Assembly: GCA_943359475.1 (NCBI GenBank)
Contig: CALRHK010000003.1
Coordinates: 1-51,756, forward strand
Length of the DNA: 51,756 nt
Source: Candidatus Nomurabacteria bacterium
GTDB lineage: Bacteria; Patescibacteriota; Minisyncoccia; Phycocordibacterales; UBA9973
Direction: 5' to 3'
This document shows positions 1 through 7,806 of this stretch, piece after piece (position 1 is the first letter of the stretch; each line of letters begins with the position of its first letter). The notes beneath the pieces were generated by a model. The model did not search any database. It was not told the origin of the DNA and worked only from the letters and a program-made list of their open reading frames with translations. The position numbers were made by a program, and so were the translations under genes.

Positions 1-51
1 TTTCAAGAATTTTTCGAACATCATCCCAAGTTCGGAGCCAAATGGAAATAG
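1..51 (+). CDS. 3' end of a gene entering the window (partial, hypothetical)
   Basis: Frame 1 reads FQEFFEHHPKFGAKWK-TAG and is followed immediately by a hairpin/T-tract. Confidence 0.5.
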   Translation, partial: FQEFFEHHPKFGAKWK

Positions 52-76
52 TCCACCAAAATCTGGTGGGCTTTTT
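51..76 (+). terminator. Rho-independent terminator
   Basis: GTCCACCA-aaatc-TGGTGGGC followed by TTTTT. Confidence 0.7.
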
Positions 77-99
77 CATTTCTGTTTAAGGAGAAGTAT

Positions 100-195
100 G
101 GTGAGAACCGGAGGCGCGCATTTTTAACAAACGCAGTGAGTATAAAAATGCAGCGTTTCGACTGAAAGGAGAAGCGGTCCCTACCTCCCGAGCAT
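100..195 (+). repeat. Possible orphan copy of the tRNA-associated structured element
   Basis: Hairpin CGCATTTTTA..ACGCAGTGAG..TAAAAATGCAGCG; the ends GGTGAGAACCG and CGGTCCCTACC pair imperfectly; ends in tRNA-3'-like CCTCCCGAGCA. Confidence 0.4.
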
Positions 196-199
196 CAAC

Positions 200-308
200 T
201 TGACTTTAATTAGATATATGCTATTATAGTAATAGTTTTTTGTGCTTTGAAATAAAGGTTTTATTGGCTCCCAGAGGCGGTACTGCCGCTTGTGGAAACC
301 AATAAAAC
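200..308 (+). promoter_or_regulatory. Sigma70 promoter plus leader hairpin (copy 1)
   Basis: TTGACT(200)-16-TATTAT(222) with TG extension; hairpin GTTTTATTGG(258)...CCAATAAAAC(308). Confidence 0.65.
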
Positions 309-374
309 TCACATAAAAAATACAAAATGAAAATAAAAACCAATCTAATTCACGAAAAAGAAGGTGGATATACT

Positions 375-728
375 ATGGCTTTATTCGGCAAACCGAGAGT
401 TAACCTACAAACTGTTGCAGGTAGCCGTGTATATGTACACTGTCATCTTATTGCTGCCACGCAAGTGCGAACGGTAACATATAAATTCGAGTATGTGTAT
501 GCTGATTTGCCAAAAGGCACGATTAAAAGAATGCAGGCTTATGCTAAAAAATTGGCACAAGATCATGTTGCTAAAAAAGGCTGGAAAATAAAAAAGACTG
601 AAAAGATGTTTAGTGATGAGCCATATGTTGTTTGTGGCAACTGGTGCGGTTTTCATTTCGGGGTGAATGAAGAAAAAAGAAAAAATAAAAAAGGAGGACA
701 AAATGTTTTGGGACGACGAAAACGATAG
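375..728 (+). CDS. hypothetical protein
   Basis: ORF 327..728; ATG 375 is preceded by SD-like AAGGTGG, so the start is placed there. Confidence 0.6.
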   Translation: MALFGKPRVNLQTVAGSRVYVHCHLIAATQVRTVTYKFEYVYADLPKGTIKRMQAYAKKLAQDHVAKKGWKIKKTEKMFSDEPYVVCGNWCGFHFGVNEEKRKNKKGGQNVLGRRKR

Positions 729-873
729 TAATACCAATCAAAAATTCAAGAATTTTTTATTCCTGAAATTTTGGGGGACTAATAAAGAACGTGATGAAAC
801 TTTTCCTATATTCGGAATAATATTAGGAATTGTAGCTATCTTCGGATTAATTTTTCTCGCGTTCCATAAGTAA
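703..873 (+). CDS. small membrane protein (C-terminal TM helix)
   Basis: AAGGAGG at 691-697 before ATG 703; hydrophobic C-terminus; terminator follows. Confidence 0.65.
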   Translation: MFWDDENDSNTNQKFKNFLFLKFWGTNKERDETFPIFGIILGIVAIFGLIFLAFHK

Positions 874-882
874 ACCCAAAGA

Positions 883-914
883 AAAAGGCTGAACACTTCT
901 GTGTTCAGCCTTTT
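883..914 (+). terminator. Rho-independent terminator
   Basis: AAAAGGCTGAACAC-ttct-GTGTTCAGCCTTTT. Confidence 0.8.
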
Positions 915-1001
915 ATTATTGCCATCCGAACCACGACTACGCTATCGCTTCGCTGGACTGCGGTTTTAAAATAAAAAAGTCCACCTAGTTGGTGGACGGT
1001 A

Positions 1002-1754
1002 TTATTTTGCAATATTTGTTCGTTCAATTATGGTCAAAATAGCACCACTAAATTCTTCGTATGACGTCTGACCATTCAGTTTAATATAGTAGATTTCATA
1101 ATGTAAAAAGTCTTTGCGGAAGTGCATGAAATCTCCGGCTTTGATCTGTAGTCTGATTTCTCTGCTACCGTAACTGAAAAAGCAATCGGTTTTTTCCTGG
1201 TGGTCTTCATACTCTGTGGCAGCTCGTGCATCGTCGATGAGATTTTCATTGACCATCTTTTGTAAAAATTTTAACGCAAGAACCTCCGAGAAGATTCCTC
1301 TCAGTAGCCCCGCATTCTGTTTTGCCTGCCGCAGCCTCTGTAAAATTGGTTGTGGGAGATCATCTGAATCGATCTGCGAGCTGTACCTTGTGATAGTGAG
1401 TGCCCGCATCGCCTCTGAAAGCTCGTTGCAGATGTCCTTGAGTAGGGAGTAGTACTCTTGTGGTGAATGACTTATAGATAGCCATATTGCAGAATCCTCA
1501 GCTACTCGAAAATCGCTACTCGATTTTTCAAACTGGATGTTGATAATCTTCGGAACATTAATAATCCGAAGCTCCAAGGTAGCGCTCTCATAGTATTGCT
1601 CGTTGGTCACTTCTTCGCAGGGAGCAATTTTTTGTTTGAATTTGTAGTTAATGAGCAGTCGATCTCTTTTTAAGAGCAACTTGAGTTTGGGGGTCAGTTG
1701 TTTTTTGAGCTTAGTAAACTCGTTTCGTCCAATAAGCTGTGGACCTATTTCCAT
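1002..1754 (-). CDS. hypothetical protein with possible C-terminal PD-(D/E)XK nuclease-like domain
   Basis: ORF; motif E...ED.QEKTDCFF...LQIK; promoter TTGACG-16-TATAAT overlaps the track ATG 1778, favouring ATG 1754. Confidence 0.55.
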   Translation of the reverse strand: MEIGPQLIGRNEFTKLKKQLTPKLKLLLKRDRLLINYKFKQKIAPCEEVTNEQYYESATLELRIINVPKIINIQFEKSSSDFRVAEDSAIWLSISHSPQEYYSLLKDICNELSEAMRALTITRYSSQIDSDDLPQPILQRLRQAKQNAGLLRGIFSEVLALKFLQKMVNENLIDDARAATEYEDHQEKTDCFFSYGSREIRLQIKAGDFMHFRKDFLHYEIYYIKLNGQTSYEEFSGAILTIIERTNIAK

Positions 1755-1816
1755 GTTTATTTTTTTACCATTATACATTAAAAAAACATAACGTCAACAA
1801 GATAGAAAACAGTAAT

Positions 1817-1917
1817 TTGACTAAATATATTTTTTATGCTATTATATTACCAAACGTAGTTCTTGGTATTTTATTGGTTTCCAAAGAGGCCTCTGGCTTT
1901 TGTGGAAACCAATAAAA
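1817..1917 (+). promoter_or_regulatory. Sigma70 promoter plus leader hairpin (copy 2)
   Basis: TTGACT(1817)-17-TATTAT(1840) with TG extension; perfect 15 bp stem TTTTATTGGTTTCCA(1869)/TGGAAACCAATAAAA(1917). Confidence 0.7.
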
Positions 1918-1926
1918 ACCGAATAA

Positions 1927-2472
1927 ATGAATATTCTCAAAACCCTAATAGTGCTTACTGGTGTTGCACCTTACGTACTTCTTTCTGTCTCTATTCTTAA
2001 GGGAACAGTTAAACAAAGTTTTGCCACATGGATACTTTGGTTTGGTCTTGATGTAATTATGTTAGTAAGTCTTACTCTCAAAGGAGGGAACACTTTATTG
2101 TTTGCAGTATTTACTATTGGAACATTAGCTGTGACTATCTTTCTGGCACGGGCTAGACAGTTTCACTGGGGAAAGTTTGAATGGCTCATTACCTTTCTGG
2201 TCTTGATTTGCACAACAGTTTTCCTTGTCGGTGGTCCATATCTTTCAATTATTTCAGTAACGCTTGCCCTCAATATAGCTGGTATTCCGCAACTCATTAG
2301 TACGTACAAGGATCCTTCTTCAACGCCAAGAATTGCTTATTTACTATTTACAACCTCAAGTATGCTTTCTGTGATTAGTGCAGCAGCTTGGACAGTAGAA
2401 GAAAGACTACCATATCTATCTTCGACACTATTTTGTGCAATAATTGTCCTTCTGTCATTTAGACAAAAATAA
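1927..2472 (+). CDS. multi-pass membrane protein, PQ-loop/SWEET-like
   Basis: About 7 TM helices, PY..S....G..K.S..TW and GIPQL...YKDP motifs; paralogous to 5859..6419. Confidence 0.7.
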   Translation: MNILKTLIVLTGVAPYVLLSVSILKGTVKQSFATWILWFGLDVIMLVSLTLKGGNTLLFAVFTIGTLAVTIFLARARQFHWGKFEWLITFLVLICTTVFLVGGPYLSIISVTLALNIAGIPQLISTYKDPSSTPRIAYLLFTTSSMLSVISAAAWTVEERLPYLSSTLFCAIIVLLSFRQK

Positions 2473-2628
2473 CTGCAAAACTTGCGAAATTAAACCGCTG
2501 GTGGTAAACCAACGGTTTTTTTATTTTTAAATAGTCACCTGAATCACAACTTTACTAACGTTTTCTCTGAAGCAGTTTCAGAGAAGTCTTTGATTTGAAG
2601 GTATCTTTTTTATTGTTATACTAAACCT

Positions 2629-2838
2629 ATGCAAAAAACAGCTACACGAATTTTTATATACGCTTCAATACTTTTTGGAATTATAGGTATGTTGCTTGTT
2701 ATTACTGCAGGTGGTCCAAATACACCAGATACGCCAACGACTGAATTACTCATCAAGCTCCTGTTTGGAACGGTGTTTATTATACTGCCGTCGTTTGCAC
2801 TCAGTCTTGCAGGGAAGTATTTAAACGGCAAGTTTTAG
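2629..2838 (+). CDS. small two-TM membrane protein
   Basis: ORF with two hydrophobic helices; TGtTATACT 6 nt before ATG. Confidence 0.75.
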   Translation: MQKTATRIFIYASILFGIIGMLLVITAGGPNTPDTPTTELLIKLLFGTVFIILPSFALSLAGKYLNGKF

Positions 2839-2957
2839 TACTTACAGAGTATTTGTCCTCAATATAATCCGAGAGATATGCTCGGCTTGATTTATTTTTG
2901 GTTTTATTGTATAGTCTCGGAAACCTGTGTAAGTTCGCACATAAAAAAACGAGAAAT

Positions 2958-3305
2958 ATGGATACCCCGATTCGCAAATGCCTTGCAATTTCGTTCAAAA
3001 ATGATGCACGAGATGAGATTACTACCGAGATCGAAAACTATTTTAAAAAAATTGCGCACACCAAGCGCTACGAAAAACTTTTCCTGAGCACCGAAAAACG
3101 TGACGATGAGATTACTAGTCAGTTGTATATCCTAAGACCTGTAAACGAGGATTTCAGTGAACGATATTCTCACGAAGGCCTGCAGATTGAAGCTGGATTC
3201 CTTTATTTTGTTGAACGGAAAAAAGCTGAAGGTAAGATTGTTGATTTTGTAGCAGTCGAAAGCGAGATGGTGGCCCACCTCTTGGCATATGGGCTTTCGG
3301 AGTAA
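2958..3305 (+). CDS. hypothetical protein
   Basis: ORF 2898..3305, first ATG at 2958; bidirectional terminator follows. Confidence 0.65.
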   Translation: MDTPIRKCLAISFKNDARDEITTEIENYFKKIAHTKRYEKLFLSTEKRDDEITSQLYILRPVNEDFSERYSHEGLQIEAGFLYFVERKKAEGKIVDFVAVESEMVAHLLAYGLSE

Positions 3306-3342
3306 GAAATTAAAAAAAGGCGATAATCTCGCCTTTTTCTTT

Positions 3343-3597
3343 TTATTTTCGATGGGTACAGCCCGCCCAGCAACACGGCCGACGCATTCCATCTTTGAGT
3401 TTTGAGATTGCTTTCTTGATACGGATGTTTCGTGTCTCTGCTTTTTTTCCAGAAATTACCCAACATATCCATTCGTTACGAGCCAGGGGAGTGATACTTT
3501 CCCACGTTTGTTGTGCTCCTCGGGTTGCTATGAGCGCTTGGCGTAAATCATCTGGGGTCTTATGGATTGTTTCATGAACGATCTTCAACTGTTCCAT
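3343..3597 (-). CDS. YdeI/OmpD-associated family protein
   Basis: PDDLRQAL...TPLARNEWICWV..AKK.ETR..RI signature; ends RRPCCWAGC. Confidence 0.85.
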   Translation of the reverse strand: MEQLKIVHETIHKTPDDLRQALIATRGAQQTWESITPLARNEWICWVISGKKAETRNIRIKKAISKLKDGMRRPCCWAGCTHRK

Positions 3598-3667
3598 GGT
3601 AGTACTATAGCAGAATATTTTTAAAACTATCTTTAAAAAAGAAAACCGCCCGAGGGCGGTTTTTTAT

Positions 3668-4693
3668 TTATAACGATTTTTCAAGCTCGATCAGCTTTTT
3701 CACACCATCATAGAGTTGCTGAAAGATTTCTTTCTCAGTAATACCAAGACGGCGCTTATTTGAGATATCGTAAATACCATCAGATGATTCAGAATGTTCT
3801 CCGTGAACACCACGGATTGACAATCCAAGTGTTGCACAGACATCTTTGAAGTTTTTGCTTGCAGAAAGCTTTGGAATCTTTATGTGTACAGAAGCACGCA
3901 TTGCGGTCCCAAGATTAGTAGGACATGTCGTGTGATAGCCACGAATATCATCAAATGCAAAATTGAGGTGTGCATTTATTGTAGCAAGTGCCGTCGCGAG
4001 ACGAGTAAACACTTCTGCAATGTCAGCACCACTTTGCATGCTGATAATACGCATACTATCTTCTTCTGAAACCCATACCAAAAACTTTTTATCGTGTGAG
4101 AAGAATATTCCACGGTTCTTTGGCCAGTCACGGTTTACGCCAACACTTTCAAGAAAGCGGTCACCTTGCTTAAACAGAAAATGATCCGCAACCATTTGTT
4201 GTCTGACATCTTCGGTCATGCCATCGAGTGGGAAATAGTCTCCGGCAAGAGCGCCTGGAAGTTTTTGCAATGCCTCCACAATCTCTGATTCCATCTTGGC
4301 GCGATCTTCTGAAGATATTGCTGAAGGGAATGCATACTTAGCAAAGTTTCTTCCTACACGGATACGTGTTGATAGTACATATGCACCGGTCGGGTCAAGA
4401 TTTTCTGTAGAGATACCTTCGAGTGAGAAATCACTTTTATGACCACTCATGTCGTAATTGTGGTATTCACGAATGACTGGATCAAACAAGGGCGCAAGCA
4501 TTGTGTATGATTCGGGGTCACCTGCATACACACCAATACTTGAGTCAGGGTTGTCTATTCCTGATTGAATAGCTTTTTCTACTGTCCACCCATGAGGAGT
4601 GATGACTCCTGAAAGTTTGGTAATTACTTCTTCAGTACAATGCTTTTTCATAAGCATGTCTGGGTTTGTTTTTATTTCTGTCATAAGGAGCAT
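3668..4693 (-). CDS. arginine kinase (ATP:guanido phosphotransferase, eukaryote-type phosphagen kinase)
   Basis: N-domain SGIDNPDSSIGVYAGDPESY; STRIRVGRN, GDRFL, EED, TCPTNLGT, RGVHGEH and YDISNKRRLG motifs. Confidence 0.92.
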   Translation of the reverse strand: MLLMTEIKTNPDMLMKKHCTEEVITKLSGVITPHGWTVEKAIQSGIDNPDSSIGVYAGDPESYTMLAPLFDPVIREYHNYDMSGHKSDFSLEGISTENLDPTGAYVLSTRIRVGRNFAKYAFPSAISSEDRAKMESEIVEALQKLPGALAGDYFPLDGMTEDVRQQMVADHFLFKQGDRFLESVGVNRDWPKNRGIFFSHDKKFLVWVSEEDSMRIISMQSGADIAEVFTRLATALATINAHLNFAFDDIRGYHTTCPTNLGTAMRASVHIKIPKLSASKNFKDVCATLGLSIRGVHGEHSESSDGIYDISNKRRLGITEKEIFQQLYDGVKKLIELEKSL

Positions 4694-4844
4694 ATTTTAA
4701 TATATATTTTGCAATAATACTATCTTTTAAGGGTAATTTGTCAATGGTGTAATAATGTCTCAGGTAGTACTCGTTGACATTTTACATCACCATGCTATTG
4801 TCATATTCATAACTGTTATTTTCACAACCAAAAACATATGAACT

Positions 4845-5164
4845 ATGATCAACGATCAGGATGGTATCTATACCAGAACCCAGGCATTCAACTTTTTGAA
4901 GGGACTTCTCGAAGTTCCCAAAAGTGTATTAATTAATGAGCAGTTTTTTTACCTCTTTTTTCTAACGCCGATGGCGGTATGTATCTCATAAAAACGCGAG
5001 AAGAATTCATCCGACAGATTTTTAAAGAAAAGGGTATTGCTGAACTCAACAGGCAATACTACTACCACAAAAATGAAAAAACGACGCAAGGTAGTATGCA
5101 AACAAGGAAAATTTTTGAAGAAGTGAAGGTGCGTGTACAAACCTCACTCGCACAAGCAGCTTAA
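4845..5164 (+). pseudogene. hypothetical gene apparently frameshifted at a T7 homopolymer
   Basis: Promoter TTGACA(4774)-16-TATTGT; the ATG 4845 frame joins the 4979..5164 ORF if the T-run at 4944-4950 had 8 T; terminator at 5178-5205. Confidence 0.5.
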
Positions 5165-5241
5165 ACAACAGGTACACAAAAAGACACTCAAAGGTGTCTT
5201 TTTTTATATATAACCATTGCATTTTCTGTTACAATTGTTCT

Positions 5242-5610
5242 ATGAAGAAACTCTACTGGGAAATACTCGGAAGTATTATCTTTGTTGCTTTTTGCACGAT
5301 GCTTGTCTATATGCGTCTTTCGGGTGTTCATCTATTTTGGAATACACAAGTTATTTGGAGTATAGTGCTTGTGGTTGGTTGGATGGTTGTTGCGTTCGGA
5401 TATTATCATCAAGGTTGGACTATCTATAAAAATAAAAGTTCAAAGAATGTTTCAAGGACATTGCCGATTGCAGTTTTTATAGTTCAATGTGTTCTTTTTG
5501 TAAAAGGAATTTTCTACAGTGATTGGTCACTTATTACTGGAGCGCTCTTGGTTAATGCGGGAGTTGTCTTTAATCTGTATCAAATAGCACGTTCCAGAAA
5601 TAAAAATTAG
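5242..5610 (+). CDS. PQ-loop/SemiSWEET-like membrane protein
   Basis: YHQGWTIYKNKSSKNVS motif with about 4 TM helices; TGtTACAAT 6 nt before ATG 5242. Confidence 0.7.
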   Translation: MKKLYWEILGSIIFVAFCTMLVYMRLSGVHLFWNTQVIWSIVLVVGWMVVAFGYYHQGWTIYKNKSSKNVSRTLPIAVFIVQCVLFVKGIFYSDWSLITGALLVNAGVVFNLYQIARSRNKN

Positions 5611-5667
5611 GTTAAATGATTCATCTGTGGTACTGTTACAGTCTTACTCACTAATCAAACAAATACT

Positions 5668-5805
5668 ATGGATACTCCAACAACTACGTCAAACCCAACC
5701 GACGTTGAAGAAGTGGTAACTCCTGCGACACCAGCAGAAGAAACCGCAACTCCAGCTGAGGAAACACCTGCAACAGAAGGCGCAACAGAAGAACACGTTG
5801 CGTAA
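5668..5805 (+). CDS. small acidic Thr/Pro/Glu-rich protein (45 aa; not in ORF track)
   Basis: MDTPTTTSNPTDVEEVVTPATPAEETATPAEETPATEGATEEHVA; A-rich leader; own terminator at 5808-5833. Confidence 0.7.
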   Translation: MDTPTTTSNPTDVEEVVTPATPAEETATPAEETPATEGATEEHVA

Positions 5806-5858
5806 CTAAAAACTCCCCTTATGGGGAGTTTTTAGTTACTGGGTGTTAGAATACTTAT

Positions 5859-6419
5859 ATGAAAGAGACTCTTGCAATACTAGGCGCATTTGTTGCGATT
5901 ATTGGCAATGTGCCGTATTTGCGAGATGTAATACGTCGACGGGTACAGCCACACCCATATACATGGCTTGTGTGGACACTTGTTTCAGCAATTACTTTTT
6001 TTGGACAACTTGCGAAAGGGGCGGGGATCGGCGCACTCCCAACAGGAGCAGCAGAGATTTTTACAGTGATTATTTTCTTTTTTTCATTGCGATATGGTTT
6101 CCGAAATATTGTAAAAACCGACACGTATTTTCTTGTTGCGGCATTACTCGGACTCATTCCGTGGATTATTACAAAAGACCCGACCATTTCTGTGATAATC
6201 GTGGTCTCAATTGATCTTATTGCTTTTATTCCAACTTTACGCAAAACATGGCATCATCCAGACACAGAAACACCGTTACTTTTTAGTATGAATGTAGTCC
6301 GTCATGGACTGACACTTGCGTCACTTGGAGCGTACAATATTGCAACGATGTTACATTCCATTGTCATGATTGTGGTCAATACGATTATGACTATGATGAT
6401 AGTATTTAAGAAAAAATAA
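5859..6419 (+). CDS. multi-pass membrane protein, PQ-loop-like
   Basis: PYLRDV....QPHPYTW and FIPTLRKTW..P.TE motifs; about 7 TM helices. Confidence 0.8.
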   Translation: MKETLAILGAFVAIIGNVPYLRDVIRRRVQPHPYTWLVWTLVSAITFFGQLAKGAGIGALPTGAAEIFTVIIFFFSLRYGFRNIVKTDTYFLVAALLGLIPWIITKDPTISVIIVVSIDLIAFIPTLRKTWHHPDTETPLLFSMNVVRHGLTLASLGAYNIATMLHSIVMIVVNTIMTMMIVFKKK

Positions 6420-6460
6420 AAAACCACCGAGAGGTGGTTTTTTATAGTAAAAAGACGAGA

Positions 6461-6685
6461 TTACATGTTCTGCATTGGAGCAGTGGTTGCGCATGCTTTG
6501 CAGTTGCCTTTGTGGCCGAAGATTTCGTAGAGTGCTGAAACACCAACGAGGATGTAAATAATGCGAGGAATAAGTTCACCTTGTCCTCCAAAGAGTGCAC
6601 CAACGTCCCAACCAATAGCACCAACCAAAAGCCAATTCAAACCTCCGATAACGAGTAACAAAAATGTAATTTTGTGTAACTTCAT
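6461..6685 (-). CDS. DUF378 family membrane protein
   Basis: LLVIGGLNWLLVG...IIYILVGVSA signature. Confidence 0.9.
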   Translation of the reverse strand: MKLHKITFLLLVIGGLNWLLVGAIGWDVGALFGGQGELIPRIIYILVGVSALYEIFGHKGNCKACATTAPMQNM

Positions 6686-6795
6686 AATGAGTTAATTAAA
6701 CTACTAATAAAATACAAAGTTAAGTATACCATGTCCATAAAGATTAAAAGAAGGGGTGTGGAATAGGTAAAAACCACCATGCTATACTAAACATC

Positions 6796-7689
6796 ATGCA
6801 ACAGAACAAATCTAGTACAAGGGTCCTCGTAAGCTCGTTCGGCATACTAGCGATACTCCTTGCTGGACTTATTGTTTTTGTTGAGTATCGATACAGATCA
6901 CTCAGAAACCAAGCGACAACACTTACACAAAATATTGCACAGCTACGTACTCAATTGTCCGAAACTGACAAAGCAGTACAGACACTTCAAAACTTAAACG
7001 GTGATCTCACTGACCAAATACATATCACCGAAAAACAGGCATCCTCACTCCTTGATGAATTCAATCGAATTTCTGGAACAGTGGGTACTCTAGAAAAATT
7101 AAGTAAAATTGACTCACGATTATTACAAAAGTATTCAAAAGTATATTTTCTAAATGAAAATTTTGTTCCTGATAGATTAAGCACTGTTGACCAGAGGTAT
7201 ACACTTGAAAAAAACCGCATCTATCAATTTCATGCCGATGCATATTCTTATCTCGTACGTCTACTTGATGCTGCAAAGACTGAAGGGTTCGAAATGCAAA
7301 TTGCTTCTGCGTATCGTTCGTTTAAAGAGCAGACTGCACTGAAATCACAATATACGGTGGTGTATGGTTCTGGGGCAAATAAATTTTCTGCTGACCAGGG
7401 ATATTCTGAACATCAACTTGGCACGACGGTTGACCTCACCACAACAAAAGTTGGTGGTACCTTATCTCGTTTTGAAACAGATCCAGCATATGGGTGGCTT
7501 GAAGCGAATGCGTATAAATATGGATTCATTCTCTCGTATCCAAAAGGAAACAGTTACTACATTTTTGAACCATGGCATTGGCGTTTTGTGGGTGTTGATC
7601 TTGCCGGCAAGCTCCATCGCGACAATCTTCATTTTTACGACATGGATCAACACGAAATTGATAAGTATTTAATTACGCTGTTTGATTAG
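6796..7689 (+). CDS. D-alanyl-D-alanine carboxypeptidase, M15B/VanY family, with N-terminal TM and coiled coil
   Basis: SAYRS..EQ, SA..GYSEHQLGTTVD and EPWHWRFVG motifs. Confidence 0.9.
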   Translation: MQQNKSSTRVLVSSFGILAILLAGLIVFVEYRYRSLRNQATTLTQNIAQLRTQLSETDKAVQTLQNLNGDLTDQIHITEKQASSLLDEFNRISGTVGTLEKLSKIDSRLLQKYSKVYFLNENFVPDRLSTVDQRYTLEKNRIYQFHADAYSYLVRLLDAAKTEGFEMQIASAYRSFKEQTALKSQYTVVYGSGANKFSADQGYSEHQLGTTVDLTTTKVGGTLSRFETDPAYGWLEANAYKYGFILSYPKGNSYYIFEPWHWRFVGVDLAGKLHRDNLHFYDMDQHEIDKYLITLFD

Positions 7690-7806
7690 GTTGATTCTTT
7701 TCCAGAGTGTGTTCTTATGTATCGATGTTGTCACAAAAAGTGCTTGAAAACGTTATACTATTGTGTGAATGGTCTGTAATTTATTCGTTTAATCTTTAAT
7801 TTAAAT

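Noticed and set aside
925-967. Minus-strand GCGAAGCGATAGCGTAG motif resembling the tRNA-element hairpin apex
   Set aside because: Too short and degenerate to assign without a model
3668-4693. McsB protein-arginine kinase linked to the Clp ATPase
   Set aside because: It has the N-terminal phosphagen-kinase domain that McsB lacks, there is no ctsR/mcsA context, and the Clp protein is ClpB-type and 28 kb away
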